Positions 15,840-22,890 of a DNA stretch of 35,804 nucleotides are shown one piece after another. The notes under the pieces were generated by a model that was not told the DNA's origin, did no database searches, and saw nothing but the letters and a program-made list of their open reading frames with translations. Source of the DNA: a virus; the IMG/VR virus record IMGVR_UViG_3300009173_000003. One strand, given 5' to 3'. The position numbers and the translations under genes are program-made. The stretch's first letter is position 1, and each line of letters opens with the position of its first letter.

Positions 15840-16163
15840 TCAATACCCTGCATGGTACTTAGCTTTTAGCACTCCGAACACTCTGACACCATCCTCGAGC
15901 AGTCTACGCTCTTCCGGGAGCAGATCACAGCTATCTAGCATCTCTTTAGCGTGAGTCCTCCAGTTGTTATACCACAGCACATTATACTGGCTTACACACG
16001 CTGTATCGAACCAGAGTGCAGCCTGTCGTGATCCTAGCCATATCATCGAGTCATGGTACTCAGCCTCGGTAGGAGCAGTCGTATTCTTTGCCCCATGTTT
16101 CTGCATATCTCTCACGGCTCTTAGGACAACCGCCAGCGCCAGGTATCGAGTCGCTTTGTCCAC
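15840..16163 (-). CDS. Hypothetical protein (107 aa)
   Basis: The GTG start overlaps the terS TAG by 1 nt and has GAGGGTGAG upstream. The N-terminus is ATRYLALAVVLRAVRDM. Confidence 0.6.
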   Translation of the reverse strand: MDKATRYLALAVVLRAVRDMQKHGAKNTTAPTEAEYHDSMIWLGSRQAALWFDTACVSQYNVLWYNNWRTHAKEMLDSCDLLPEERRLLEDGVRVFGVLKAKYHAGY

Positions 16164-16663
16164 TACTCACCCTCAACGATCTCAACATCTAGAACCTCGA
16201 CCTCGGCCAGTTGCCTAGCTTCCTTGGCCCGTTCTTGTGCCATCCGTTCGACCTCTTTCAGCGAGCTCAGGAACTCGTCCCCGATTTGGATACCGATAGC
16301 CGCCACCATCTCCGGCTTCCCAAACTGATTTCGATTAAACTTCTCAGCCAACCATTTCCGTGTGTCCGATTGCAGTCTAGCGACCTGGACATTCGATGGG
16401 TCAGCATCATCGGCAATCTCAAGCGCCTCTTCTGCGTACTGGGTCGCCCTGATCTCCATAACCGATTGCCACTTCGACCACCTCTCGGCCGTCTCCTTCA
16501 GCCAGCTATAGTACACCCCGTGCGACATCCTTCCAACTTCGCTCGGCATATTCTTGAGCAGCTTCCTCACTGACCCATGCTTCAAGTACAATGCAAAGAC
16601 TTCATCCTCTCCGTACTTTGAAAGTTTGCGGCCGATACTTCGGGTAAGTTTTGCTCCTGACAT
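16163..16663 (-). CDS. terS: Terminase small subunit, Sf6 gp1-like (166 aa)
   Basis: ATG at 16663 has GGAGAA 9 nt upstream. The N-terminal HTH-like region is VFALYLKHGSVRKLLKNMP...VYYSWLKE. Further along comes ...ALEIADDADPSNVQVARLQSDTRKWLAEKFNRNQFGKP. This parallels the Sf6 gp1 motif AKARLRVDTRKWALARMNPRKYGDK as I remember it. Confidence 0.65.
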   Translation of the reverse strand: MSGAKLTRSIGRKLSKYGEDEVFALYLKHGSVRKLLKNMPSEVGRMSHGVYYSWLKETAERWSKWQSVMEIRATQYAEEALEIADDADPSNVQVARLQSDTRKWLAEKFNRNQFGKPEMVAAIGIQIGDEFLSSLKEVERMAQERAKEARQLAEVEVLDVEIVEGE

Positions 16664-16922
16664 ATCGTTTATTCTCCATTTCCCATGACGGCCAGCCCTC
16701 AATGATGCTGTCGAGCTTGGCGTTTAGTTCTTCTCTAGTCAGGCGTTCGCCCCCCTCATTAAAACGCAATGGATCATTGTCTGGCAACCTCGGCGTGGTA
16801 TCCAGCTCCTTGATCGCCCGTGCAATATCAGATCTCCAGTCAGCTGCATGTCCTGTCGCGTCCTCGAGTGGAAGCATCGACAGTCCTGCCAGCACTCGCA
16901 TCACATAGCTAACGTCTGCCAT
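16602..16922 (-). CDS. Hypothetical protein (106 aa) overlapping the terS start by 62 nt
   Basis: ATG at 16922 (MADVSYVMRVLAGL...) is preceded by GGGGGAG. It overlaps the helicase 3' end by 14 nt and the terS 5' end by 62 nt in another frame. Confidence 0.45.
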   Translation of the reverse strand: MADVSYVMRVLAGLSMLPLEDATGHAADWRSDIARAIKELDTTPRLPDNDPLRFNEGGERLTREELNAKLDSIIEGWPSWEMENKRYVRSKTYPKYRPQTFKVRRG

Positions 16923-17793
16923 TGCTCCCCCAAGGATCAAAGTCAGGGTCAACCTCGGATACTCGCAACGTAGAGAAATCTATCTCGAGTGGGATACCAC
17001 CTTGGATCAATTCCCCGTGGCGATTCTTCAAGATCAGTAATTTGAAGTAGCCCTTCGAGCCTTCCCGGCGGACAGTCGTATGGTCGAGCCCCAAGACCAA
17101 ATCAGAACTAGCTTCTACCACCATTCCGCCGTGTAAATTTTGGGCCACAGGAGGATTTTCAGACGTTGATCCTGTCCTGTTCCACTGACTCAACATCAGA
17201 ACAGTGGACTCCGTCTCCATACAGAACCGCCTGAGCTCTGTCACCACACGCTGTGTCGATTCGTATATCGCTGCCTCGGTTCCGGCAGTAGCAAGCTGGA
17301 GATAGTCCAAGCAGAAAAACTTGCAGCCTTCCTCTGCACAGGATCGAGCGTAGGCTAGGATCTCTTCCCAGCTCATTAGTATTCCCTCGGGAACGTACAG
17401 TGCTGGAGCGTCTGCGAATGCTTGTTTGGTCACCGACCAAGCAAATTTGTTGAACCCACCAGGCTCAAGGTCGCGTAGTTTCTGACCGGTATAAATCGAA
17501 TACAACCTCGTACTCAACTGGATGTTCGTCTGCTCCAGGTTGATCATGCCGACCGAATGGCCTTGCTTCAGAGCTGCCGCACACATCGATAATGCGAGCG
17601 TAGTTTTTCCGATTCCGGGGTTTCCCGCCAGACAATTTAACCAAGGCCCACTGCCTTTTCTCATCCCCTGGTCGTGGCAGATTCGGTCCAAACTCGGAAG
17701 CCCAAAGCTGATGGAATGCACCTTGGGATTCTCCTGCAACTCCGCATATTCCTCTAGCCATTCATCGCCAAAGATGTTGACCTTCTTCATCAT
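16909..17793 (-). CDS. DnaB-like / RecA-fold replicative helicase (294 aa)
   Basis: Walker A is LAGNPGIGKTTLALS. Walker B-like is KFFCLDYLQL. ATG at 17793 forms an ATGA overlap with the nuclease stop. Confidence 0.75.
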   Translation of the reverse strand: MMKKVNIFGDEWLEEYAELQENPKVHSISFGLPSLDRICHDQGMRKGSGPWLNCLAGNPGIGKTTLALSMCAAALKQGHSVGMINLEQTNIQLSTRLYSIYTGQKLRDLEPGGFNKFAWSVTKQAFADAPALYVPEGILMSWEEILAYARSCAEEGCKFFCLDYLQLATAGTEAAIYESTQRVVTELRRFCMETESTVLMLSQWNRTGSTSENPPVAQNLHGGMVVEASSDLVLGLDHTTVRREGSKGYFKLLILKNRHGELIQGGIPLEIDFSTLRVSEVDPDFDPWGSNGRR

Positions 17794-18593
17794 CGCTGCG
17801 CCCAAACCGGCAAGTCAATCGTGTGTACCACCGGCTCATAGGCCGGCCACTCGCCATCGAGCCCGTACTGGTCGATGCATTCTGCCCACTGGTGAAGCAA
17901 TGCTTGCACCTCATGTTGACCCTGGCGCACAGCCGCATCACTCACCAGGTACACGGCCACAGCATAGGGTGGTTTCTTTTCACAGCATATCATGTAGAAT
18001 TTGTCGCGCTTCTCAAACGGAGACAGGTAATGGCCGGCCTGTCGGTAATAACCAAAATTGGCGATGGCTTTTGCCATGTGCTCTGGGCTGGCATCGATGG
18101 TCGATTTGAGGTCTACCAAGTAGCCATCATCGCCAGGCAAAGCATCGATCTTAGACTTGCATGAAATACCGCTGCCTTCGTCTGTCCACATCGCTACCAC
18201 CTCAGTCTTGGCACCCTCGAGCAGATCAGATGCCACCGGATGTGCCAAGACTGAATCACGCATCCGGCAGACAATGTCATAGTCGGCCGGCTTCAAGATT
18301 TTCGCAGGAGTATACTGCATGGCGAGTTCCTTTTTCGCTGCCTTGCCTTCCTTGGTCGTAGCCTTCAGGTCAGAGCCTCGAGCCCAATGTTTCTCAAACT
18401 TGTCGGCCTCTAGCGTAGCCACATGGAAGGCCGAGCCTAGCCTCATAGCCGGTGTGGCCGGAGAAGGGTTTTTGATCGCTTCCATTAAATGAGCTGGACT
18501 GATTTTCAGCTTGCCAAGCAAACTGTTAGACGCGGATGGGTAGTTGAAATAGTCGGCGTCTGCCATGTCGTAGTGCAACTTTAAATCATTCAC
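17790..18593 (-). CDS. PD-(D/E)XK (Cas4/RecB/YqaJ-like) exonuclease (267 aa)
   Basis: The core motifs are ...IDALPGDDGYLVDLKSTIDASP...FGYYRQAGHY (D...D/ExK followed by QxxxY). The GTG start overlaps the upstream stop (GTGA), with AAAGGTGG as RBS. Confidence 0.75.
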   Translation of the reverse strand: MNDLKLHYDMADADYFNYPSASNSLLGKLKISPAHLMEAIKNPSPATPAMRLGSAFHVATLEADKFEKHWARGSDLKATTKEGKAAKKELAMQYTPAKILKPADYDIVCRMRDSVLAHPVASDLLEGAKTEVVAMWTDEGSGISCKSKIDALPGDDGYLVDLKSTIDASPEHMAKAIANFGYYRQAGHYLSPFEKRDKFYMICCEKKPPYAVAVYLVSDAAVRQGQHEVQALLHQWAECIDQYGLDGEWPAYEPVVHTIDLPVWAQR

Positions 18594-19588
18594 TCTGCAC
18601 CACCTTTAGAGAGATAAACATAACCGCCTAGCTCACTTTTGAAATTGTAAAGATCTTCGATATGGCGTACAGAATCATGCCATTTACCGGTATAATCTAC
18701 GCTGAATCCATTGCCATCGAGCAACAATTTCTTCGGGTGCCTCTCTACTTGTTCCAAGAAGACATCTGGATCAAAAATCTCATTGGTATTGCTGACCTTA
18801 GTATTTCTATAATGCAGCAGATAATGAAAGGCACATAGATAGTTTCTTGTTCTCAGGTGCAGGTAAGCATTGCGGTGTAGCTTCCCCAGGGTTCTTTGTC
18901 TGGGCAATGCATCCAACACCTCTAACAAATAGTCTAACGTGCCAACACCTTTCGCCACGCTATCCATTTTTATGTCGCCACTCTTAAAAAGATCTGTGAG
19001 CAATGCACCGGCCTGTCCAGAGTTCCAAGGCAACGGAGTGTGCTTTATCAGGGCTGCTACCTCGATACTTTTTCTGCCACATAATAGGCCCAACACTGAG
19101 GTGAACCCTATTTTATAGCCATCGTTAGTATTCCTGGTAAGCCCAGCCTTATCTACTTTGTTGTTATACGATTCTAATAATCTGTTGAACTCAATGTACT
19201 CTGAGATCCCATCCTTAACGTGTAAGTGTAGGTATTCAGGCAAAGTTAACGGCTTCTGATTTTGATTCAGCTGCCTTATGGTTTGAGTCGGAACAATATT
19301 ATCCGGGGTAACCACAAATGAAACCGGATACCCACCTCTCCTGGATGCTTCCAACCTATGTTGGCCGTCTAGGACTACCATGCCTGGAGTGACAATGATA
19401 GGAACAAATTCATAGTGGCATTCGTTGAAGGACTTGAGGAGTCCCTTAACGTGTTCTTCGCTGATGCGCCGGTTACCCTCATGGTAGCTGAACAGATCAT
19501 AGTCTCGCGTCTGATAAATATATCCAATACGTTGGGCCTCTATGTAAACTCCTGTCCCCATTGTGCTTCTATCCATTTCGTAATTCAT
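18590..19588 (-). CDS. ParB/Srx-fold protein with a DGQHR motif (332 aa)
   Basis: The N-terminal sequence is EGNRRISEEHVKGLLKSFNECHYEFVPIIVTPGMVVLDGQHRLEASRR, which fits the ParB N-terminal-domain pattern. ATGA overlap with the upstream gene. Confidence 0.7.
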   Translation of the reverse strand: MNYEMDRSTMGTGVYIEAQRIGYIYQTRDYDLFSYHEGNRRISEEHVKGLLKSFNECHYEFVPIIVTPGMVVLDGQHRLEASRRGGYPVSFVVTPDNIVPTQTIRQLNQNQKPLTLPEYLHLHVKDGISEYIEFNRLLESYNNKVDKAGLTRNTNDGYKIGFTSVLGLLCGRKSIEVAALIKHTPLPWNSGQAGALLTDLFKSGDIKMDSVAKGVGTLDYLLEVLDALPRQRTLGKLHRNAYLHLRTRNYLCAFHYLLHYRNTKVSNTNEIFDPDVFLEQVERHPKKLLLDGNGFSVDYTGKWHDSVRHIEDLYNFKSELGGYVYLSKGGAE

Positions 19589-20349
19589 TTTTCATCGCTC
19601 CATAGCTCTTTGAGGCTCACGCCTTGAGCTTGTTGTGGGTTGTAAGTGTTCTCCAGTGAGCGGAAGTACCAGGACTCTCGCCGCTCGGGACTGCCTAAAA
19701 AACTTTCCGGGTATTGATACTGTCTTTTACTGCTGTGAAATTCGCTGCCCTTCAAGCTCTTCAATATTCCACGAAAGAGCTGTAATGGATCTAAATCACC
19801 ATTCTTTAAATGCTCAGCATACAACGCATTCAGAACTCGGGCTCGCTTGTCTGTCAGGCTAGGGTGTGGCCCCTTCGGGCTCAGCTCCTCTAGCCAGACC
19901 TGCCACATCTCAATCGAATGATCGATCCCGTTGGCCTTCGGCTGCTTCACTTTCGCTGTCGATTTCTGTTCAACTTTTGTATAACTAGCGATGCTTTGCC
20001 AGTGGTCGTAATTGATGACCTCGATCAACGTGCCGACATTCGACTGATCATGTGCAATGATCCGGATACGGCCGTCAGCTACCAACGTCTTCATCATCCG
20101 TTCGACCTTGCCTGGCGACCATTGCACCTTCCTGCCCCTCAAGCTGTAGGCACAGTCTCGGGCTATCGCTCGATAGCTTCTAAGGAACTGACCTCTTCCT
20201 ACCTTCACGCCCGAATACTCGTAGCTCTTCTTGCCGAAGTTTGTCCTGAGCAGGATGAAGATCCAAAGTTTCAGCATATCCGGCTCACCGAAGATGCTCT
20301 TATCCAACAGATCTCTGCTGAGCAGGATGAAGCCAGGAGCTTTAGCCAT
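19585..20349 (-). CDS. Putative replication initiator / replisome organiser (254 aa)
   Basis: The N-terminal winged-helix-like region is GFILLSRDLLDKSIFGEPDMLKLWIFILLRTNF...GVKVGRGQFLRSYRAIA, typical of phage replication organiser proteins. It lies upstream of the helicase. Confidence 0.5.
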   Translation of the reverse strand: MAKAPGFILLSRDLLDKSIFGEPDMLKLWIFILLRTNFGKKSYEYSGVKVGRGQFLRSYRAIARDCAYSLRGRKVQWSPGKVERMMKTLVADGRIRIIAHDQSNVGTLIEVINYDHWQSIASYTKVEQKSTAKVKQPKANGIDHSIEMWQVWLEELSPKGPHPSLTDKRARVLNALYAEHLKNGDLDPLQLFRGILKSLKGSEFHSSKRQYQYPESFLGSPERRESWYFRSLENTYNPQQAQGVSLKELWSDEK

Positions 20350-20731
20350 GCTTGTGAACCCCGTAGCTAATCTCGACCCGGGGGTACTTCCGATCTATGC
20401 CCATATTTTCCCATTCTAACTTTTCTATCTGCTTATCATCGACATAGACAATGCCCTCAAGTGCGTCAGCAATTCCCTTCAGTAGGTTGTTAGGATCTCT
20501 CCTGCGCTTGTCTGGCATATAGAACGCCAGATGCATCCACACAGCACCTTCCGGATGCACAGGCCGACCTCGCACCTGAGTCATAGCCAACGTAGCGCAC
20601 AACTCTTTGCCCGTACGATAGCGCCTAGTGAGAACATGGGCCTTGCCACCAATGAATCGGCGATTGTCGGGAACTAATCCTTGCCACGGCAACACGATGT
20701 CGTAGGGGTAATCGCTACCCTTCTGTGCCAC
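20342..20731 (-). CDS. rusA: RusA-family Holliday junction resolvase (129 aa)
   Basis: The motif is ...HLAFYMPDKRRRDPNNLLKGIADALEGIVYVDDKQIEKLEWE, matching the RusA catalytic Asp pattern D..N..K...D.L......DD. The GTG start at 20731 is uncertain. Confidence 0.8.
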   Translation of the reverse strand: MAQKGSDYPYDIVLPWQGLVPDNRRFIGGKAHVLTRRYRTGKELCATLAMTQVRGRPVHPEGAVWMHLAFYMPDKRRRDPNNLLKGIADALEGIVYVDDKQIEKLEWENMGIDRKYPRVEISYGVHKHG

Positions 20732-20972
20732 GATGCCTCTGCTGCTCCAGTTGTCGCCTGGCCTCGATTAAGGCGCCCTCGGCTTGCAATAGATGGTTGC
20801 GAGCCCTCTCCAGGTAGCCCTGGCCGGCCTCGTTCACGATGTCCCAAGGCACGTTCCCCAACTTCGCTCTCAACCTCTCTGAATCCCTCCCAACTACACC
20901 GAGAATTGCAGCACAATCCTCAAGTAGCTGGCCGTGGTCGAGCTTCAATCTGCTCGTTGTTTTACTCGCCAT
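20715..20972 (-). CDS. Hypothetical protein (85 aa)
   Basis: The ATG overlaps the upstream TAA (TAATG). The C-terminus looks coiled-coil-like. Confidence 0.6.
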   Translation of the reverse strand: MASKTTSRLKLDHGQLLEDCAAILGVVGRDSERLRAKLGNVPWDIVNEAGQGYLERARNHLLQAEGALIEARRQLEQQRHRGTEG

Positions 20973-21238
20973 TAGAACGGCAAGTCATCCGAGTCAGTCG
21001 GTTTCGCTGACTGATAGGTGTTCACCTCAAGGTAAAGAGGTGGAGATTCGAGGTTTTTCCCGTCATAAATCTTGACATCAATCTTGACCATCTCCTGGTC
21101 AGATTTTTTAGCTAAAAATTCCGTCAACTGCTCTGGGTATAACCGCAACGTGCAGCAGATAAAATGTTGAGCCTTCTCTGGAGGTGCTGACACAGTCAAT
21201 CCGTGCGAGCGATTCACAAATTCTTTGTTGCTCGGCAT
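20972..21238 (-). CDS. Small protein (88 aa) ending in an SSB-type acidic tail DSDDLPF; candidate compact ssDNA-binding protein or SSB-tail mimic
   Basis: ATG at 21238 is preceded by AAGGAAAAATA; the ORF-track start at 21286 would overlap the upstream gene. The C-terminus ...YQSAKPTDSDDLPF matches the conserved bacterial SSB tip (DDDIPF). The gene sits inside the ERF/RusA recombination module. Confidence 0.6.
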   Translation of the reverse strand: MPSNKEFVNRSHGLTVSAPPEKAQHFICCTLRLYPEQLTEFLAKKSDQEMVKIDVKIYDGKNLESPPLYLEVNTYQSAKPTDSDDLPF

Positions 21239-21251
21239 TATTTTTCCTTGG

Positions 21252-21623
21252 TTAAATGATGCGCCACATTTTGGCACGGCGACCACTGCGAGTTACGGCA
21301 CTCTGGTCGGACATCTCGATTAAGTTCATCCTTCTCAATTCTGGCAACCGGCGATTAGCTGTAGCGTGTCGCCATCCTAATGCTTCATCAATAGCGTCAC
21401 CGGTGGACGCCCCGTGCTCCTCTAGGTATCTCAAGATCATACCTCGATGTGTACCAGCGGCAACGTGCATAGACCTGGCTGCCTCATGTGAGGTGTCCGG
21501 GTCCGAGGACCGAGCTCTAGGCGAGACGCCAAACAATGATTCCTGGTTGGGATCATGCGCCTTCTCTTTTCGTTTCGGCTCTCCCTCAAAGTCGATTTCA
21601 TCCATGCCCGTCCTGCGCCTCAC
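21252..21623 (-). CDS. Winged-helix (MarR/ArsR-like) DNA-binding protein (123 aa)
   Basis: The sequence is ...SSDPDTSHEAARSMHVAAGTHRGMILRYLEEHGASTGDAIDEALGWRHATANRRLPELRRMNLIE. It starts with a GTGA overlap to erf, or at the ATG at 21605. Confidence 0.6.
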   Translation of the reverse strand: MRRRTGMDEIDFEGEPKRKEKAHDPNQESLFGVSPRARSSDPDTSHEAARSMHVAAGTHRGMILRYLEEHGASTGDAIDEALGWRHATANRRLPELRRMNLIEMSDQSAVTRSGRRAKMWRII

Positions 21624-22333
21624 TTGGGCGTGTCCTTTATGGCTGACTCCAAATAATCGATGGCGGCCGAGGTGAACTCTAGGGCCGACCGATCCCGGTC
21701 ACCTTTCCCACCTTTCTCTAGCACGTTCTTGGCCAGGTCAATGGCCTTGGCATCCACGTTGCCATTCTCCTCAGCTGCATCGATAAGATCTTTCAGTACC
21801 GACAACTCTGATTTCAGCAGGATAGGATCATCAACTTTTTCTTCTTTCGGCTCGAAGGCTGGAGTAGCTTTCTTCGGAGCTACCCTTTTCTTAGGAGCCT
21901 TCTTCGGAGCTTGGGCCGTGGCCTCATTGCCATCATCATCATCGCTTAGACCAACAGAGATCCCGAGAGCTGCTTGCGTGGTATATCTCCGTAGATAGCT
22001 GATGGCTGAACCGAAGCCGTGAGCTGTCTGGGCGGCGAGTGGAATGGAAGCCGGTGGAAGTAATATCCATTCACCACTTTCGTGAATGAGCATGGTCGTC
22101 ATCGTGACTCGACCCTCTGCCTCTCCAGGAAACTGTGTCAGGGCTAGGCCGTGTTTCGCCAGGGCTGGCTTCGACACCTCAAGGACAGCAGACAGATCTG
22201 CGTACTGAGATTTGAAGTGCGAATTTTTCTGATTCATTAGAGCTGTGCCGACATCTGCCTGGGCTCCAACCAACGCCTTGCAAATACTGCCAATACTTTC
22301 GCTCATTAAAACGCTAGGTTGCGTATCATCCAT
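21620..22333 (-). CDS. erf: ERF-family single-strand annealing recombinase (237 aa)
   Basis: The motifs are ICKALVGAQADVGTALMNQKNSHFKSQYADLSAVLEVSKPALAKHGLALTQFP...MLIHESGEWI...GFGSAISYLRRYTTQAALGI, followed by a basic, low-complexity C-terminus. Confidence 0.85.
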   Translation of the reverse strand: MDDTQPSVLMSESIGSICKALVGAQADVGTALMNQKNSHFKSQYADLSAVLEVSKPALAKHGLALTQFPGEAEGRVTMTTMLIHESGEWILLPPASIPLAAQTAHGFGSAISYLRRYTTQAALGISVGLSDDDDGNEATAQAPKKAPKKRVAPKKATPAFEPKEEKVDDPILLKSELSVLKDLIDAAEENGNVDAKAIDLAKNVLEKGGKGDRDRSALEFTSAAIDYLESAIKDTPK

Positions 22334-22580
22334 GCTCTACTCCTGTGGGTAGTGAGGTTTCATTTCTCTCGAGTGCTGCTAAGGCCGGAGACAACATCTT
22401 CCGATAAACCTTCGGGATCTTATTGTCACCTCGTAGCCATTTGTAGACACTCGAGTGTCCAGCAAATAAAAATTCTTCTGCGTACTGTTCGACTGATCTG
22501 CCGTCCAGCTCAATGGCACGATGTAATTTTTCACACGCCCAGTCAGCAGCGTATGGTCCTGACCTGACAACATTTGCCAT
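22326..22580 (-). CDS. Cro/XRE-like HTH regulator (84 aa), first gene of the leftward operon
   Basis: The HTH-like segment is SVEQYAEEFLFAGHSSVYKWLRGDNKIP. AAGGGG lies 7 nt upstream of the ATG. The gene is adjacent to the operator array. Confidence 0.65.
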   Translation of the reverse strand: MANVVRSGPYAADWACEKLHRAIELDGRSVEQYAEEFLFAGHSSVYKWLRGDNKIPKVYRKMLSPALAALERNETSLPTGVEHG

Positions 22581-22603
22581 GAATGGCCCCTTGTTTAAGT
22601 CAA

Positions 22604-22694
22604 GGTGGTACGGCCAAGTCTAGAACTCTTATCACTTGTACTCTGACGTCCCTTGCGAGCACTTACTTTGCGTGGGATAAGCGGCCGTACCACC
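22604..22694. other. 91-nt element closed by a perfect 12-bp inverted repeat, with an inner 6-bp helix; a possible leader RNA structure
   Basis: GGTGGTACGGCC (22604-22615) pairs with GGCCGTACCACC (22683-22694). CTTATC (22628-22633) pairs with GATAAG (22676-22681). It lies 24 nt upstream of the Cro-like ATG. Confidence 0.55.
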
Positions 22695-22726
22695 AAATCT
22701 TATATTTTTTCTCTGTGTCCAGCTAC

Positions 22727-22755
22727 AGCATACAACCAAAGTTTTCCAATAGCAA
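22727..22755 (-). promoter_or_regulatory. Candidate leftward early promoter (weak match)
   Basis: The minus strand reads TTGCTA (22755-22750), then 17 nt, then TATGCT (22732-22727). It is flanked by O2 upstream, and O1 lies at about +1. An alternative -10 is TATAAG at 22704-22699. Confidence 0.25.
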
Positions 22756-22812
22756 ATGTCCAGCGACAATGTCCCTAGACAGATAGCGAAAACATCCTAT
22801 GTATATGAGGGC

Positions 22813-22842
22813 TTGCATTTCCCTGTGTATCGGGTTTATATT
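22813..22842 (+). promoter_or_regulatory. Candidate rightward promoter for the plus-strand cassette
   Basis: TTGCAT (22813-22818), then 18 nt, then TATATT (22837-22842). O4 starts at the last base of the -10. The ATG at 22891 is about 40 nt downstream, with a GAGGA RBS. Confidence 0.4.
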
Positions 22843-22890
22843 GTCCGTAGACAATAACCTACAGACCGAACTACTAGAAGAGGAAAACTA

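Larger units (their letters stand above)
22716..22853. promoter_or_regulatory. Four operator-like TGTC-N4-GACA palindromes in the divergent control region
   Basis: O1 is TGTCCAGCTACA (22716-22727, one mismatch). O2 is TGTCCAGCGACA (22757-22768). O3 is TGTCCCTAGACA (22770-22781). O4 is TGTCCGTAGACA (22842-22853), embedded in the 16-bp palindrome ATTGTCCGTAGACAAT (22840-22855). Confidence 0.6.

Noticed and set aside
17159-18361. Nested and antisense ORFs within the helicase and nuclease genes (17159-17440, 17465-17761, 17522-18109, 17823-18164, 18161-18361)
   Set aside because: They overlap genes with clear catalytic motifs, have Arg/Ser/Pro-rich junk-like composition, and lack RBS or coupling.
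22604-22694. Possible tRNA or tmRNA-like gene (a 12-bp closing stem, about 90 nt)
   Set aside because: There is no 7-bp acceptor plus D/anticodon/T-arm layout, no GTTCGAATC-like T-loop and no conserved D-loop sequence. A 12-bp terminal helix is incompatible with a tRNA.
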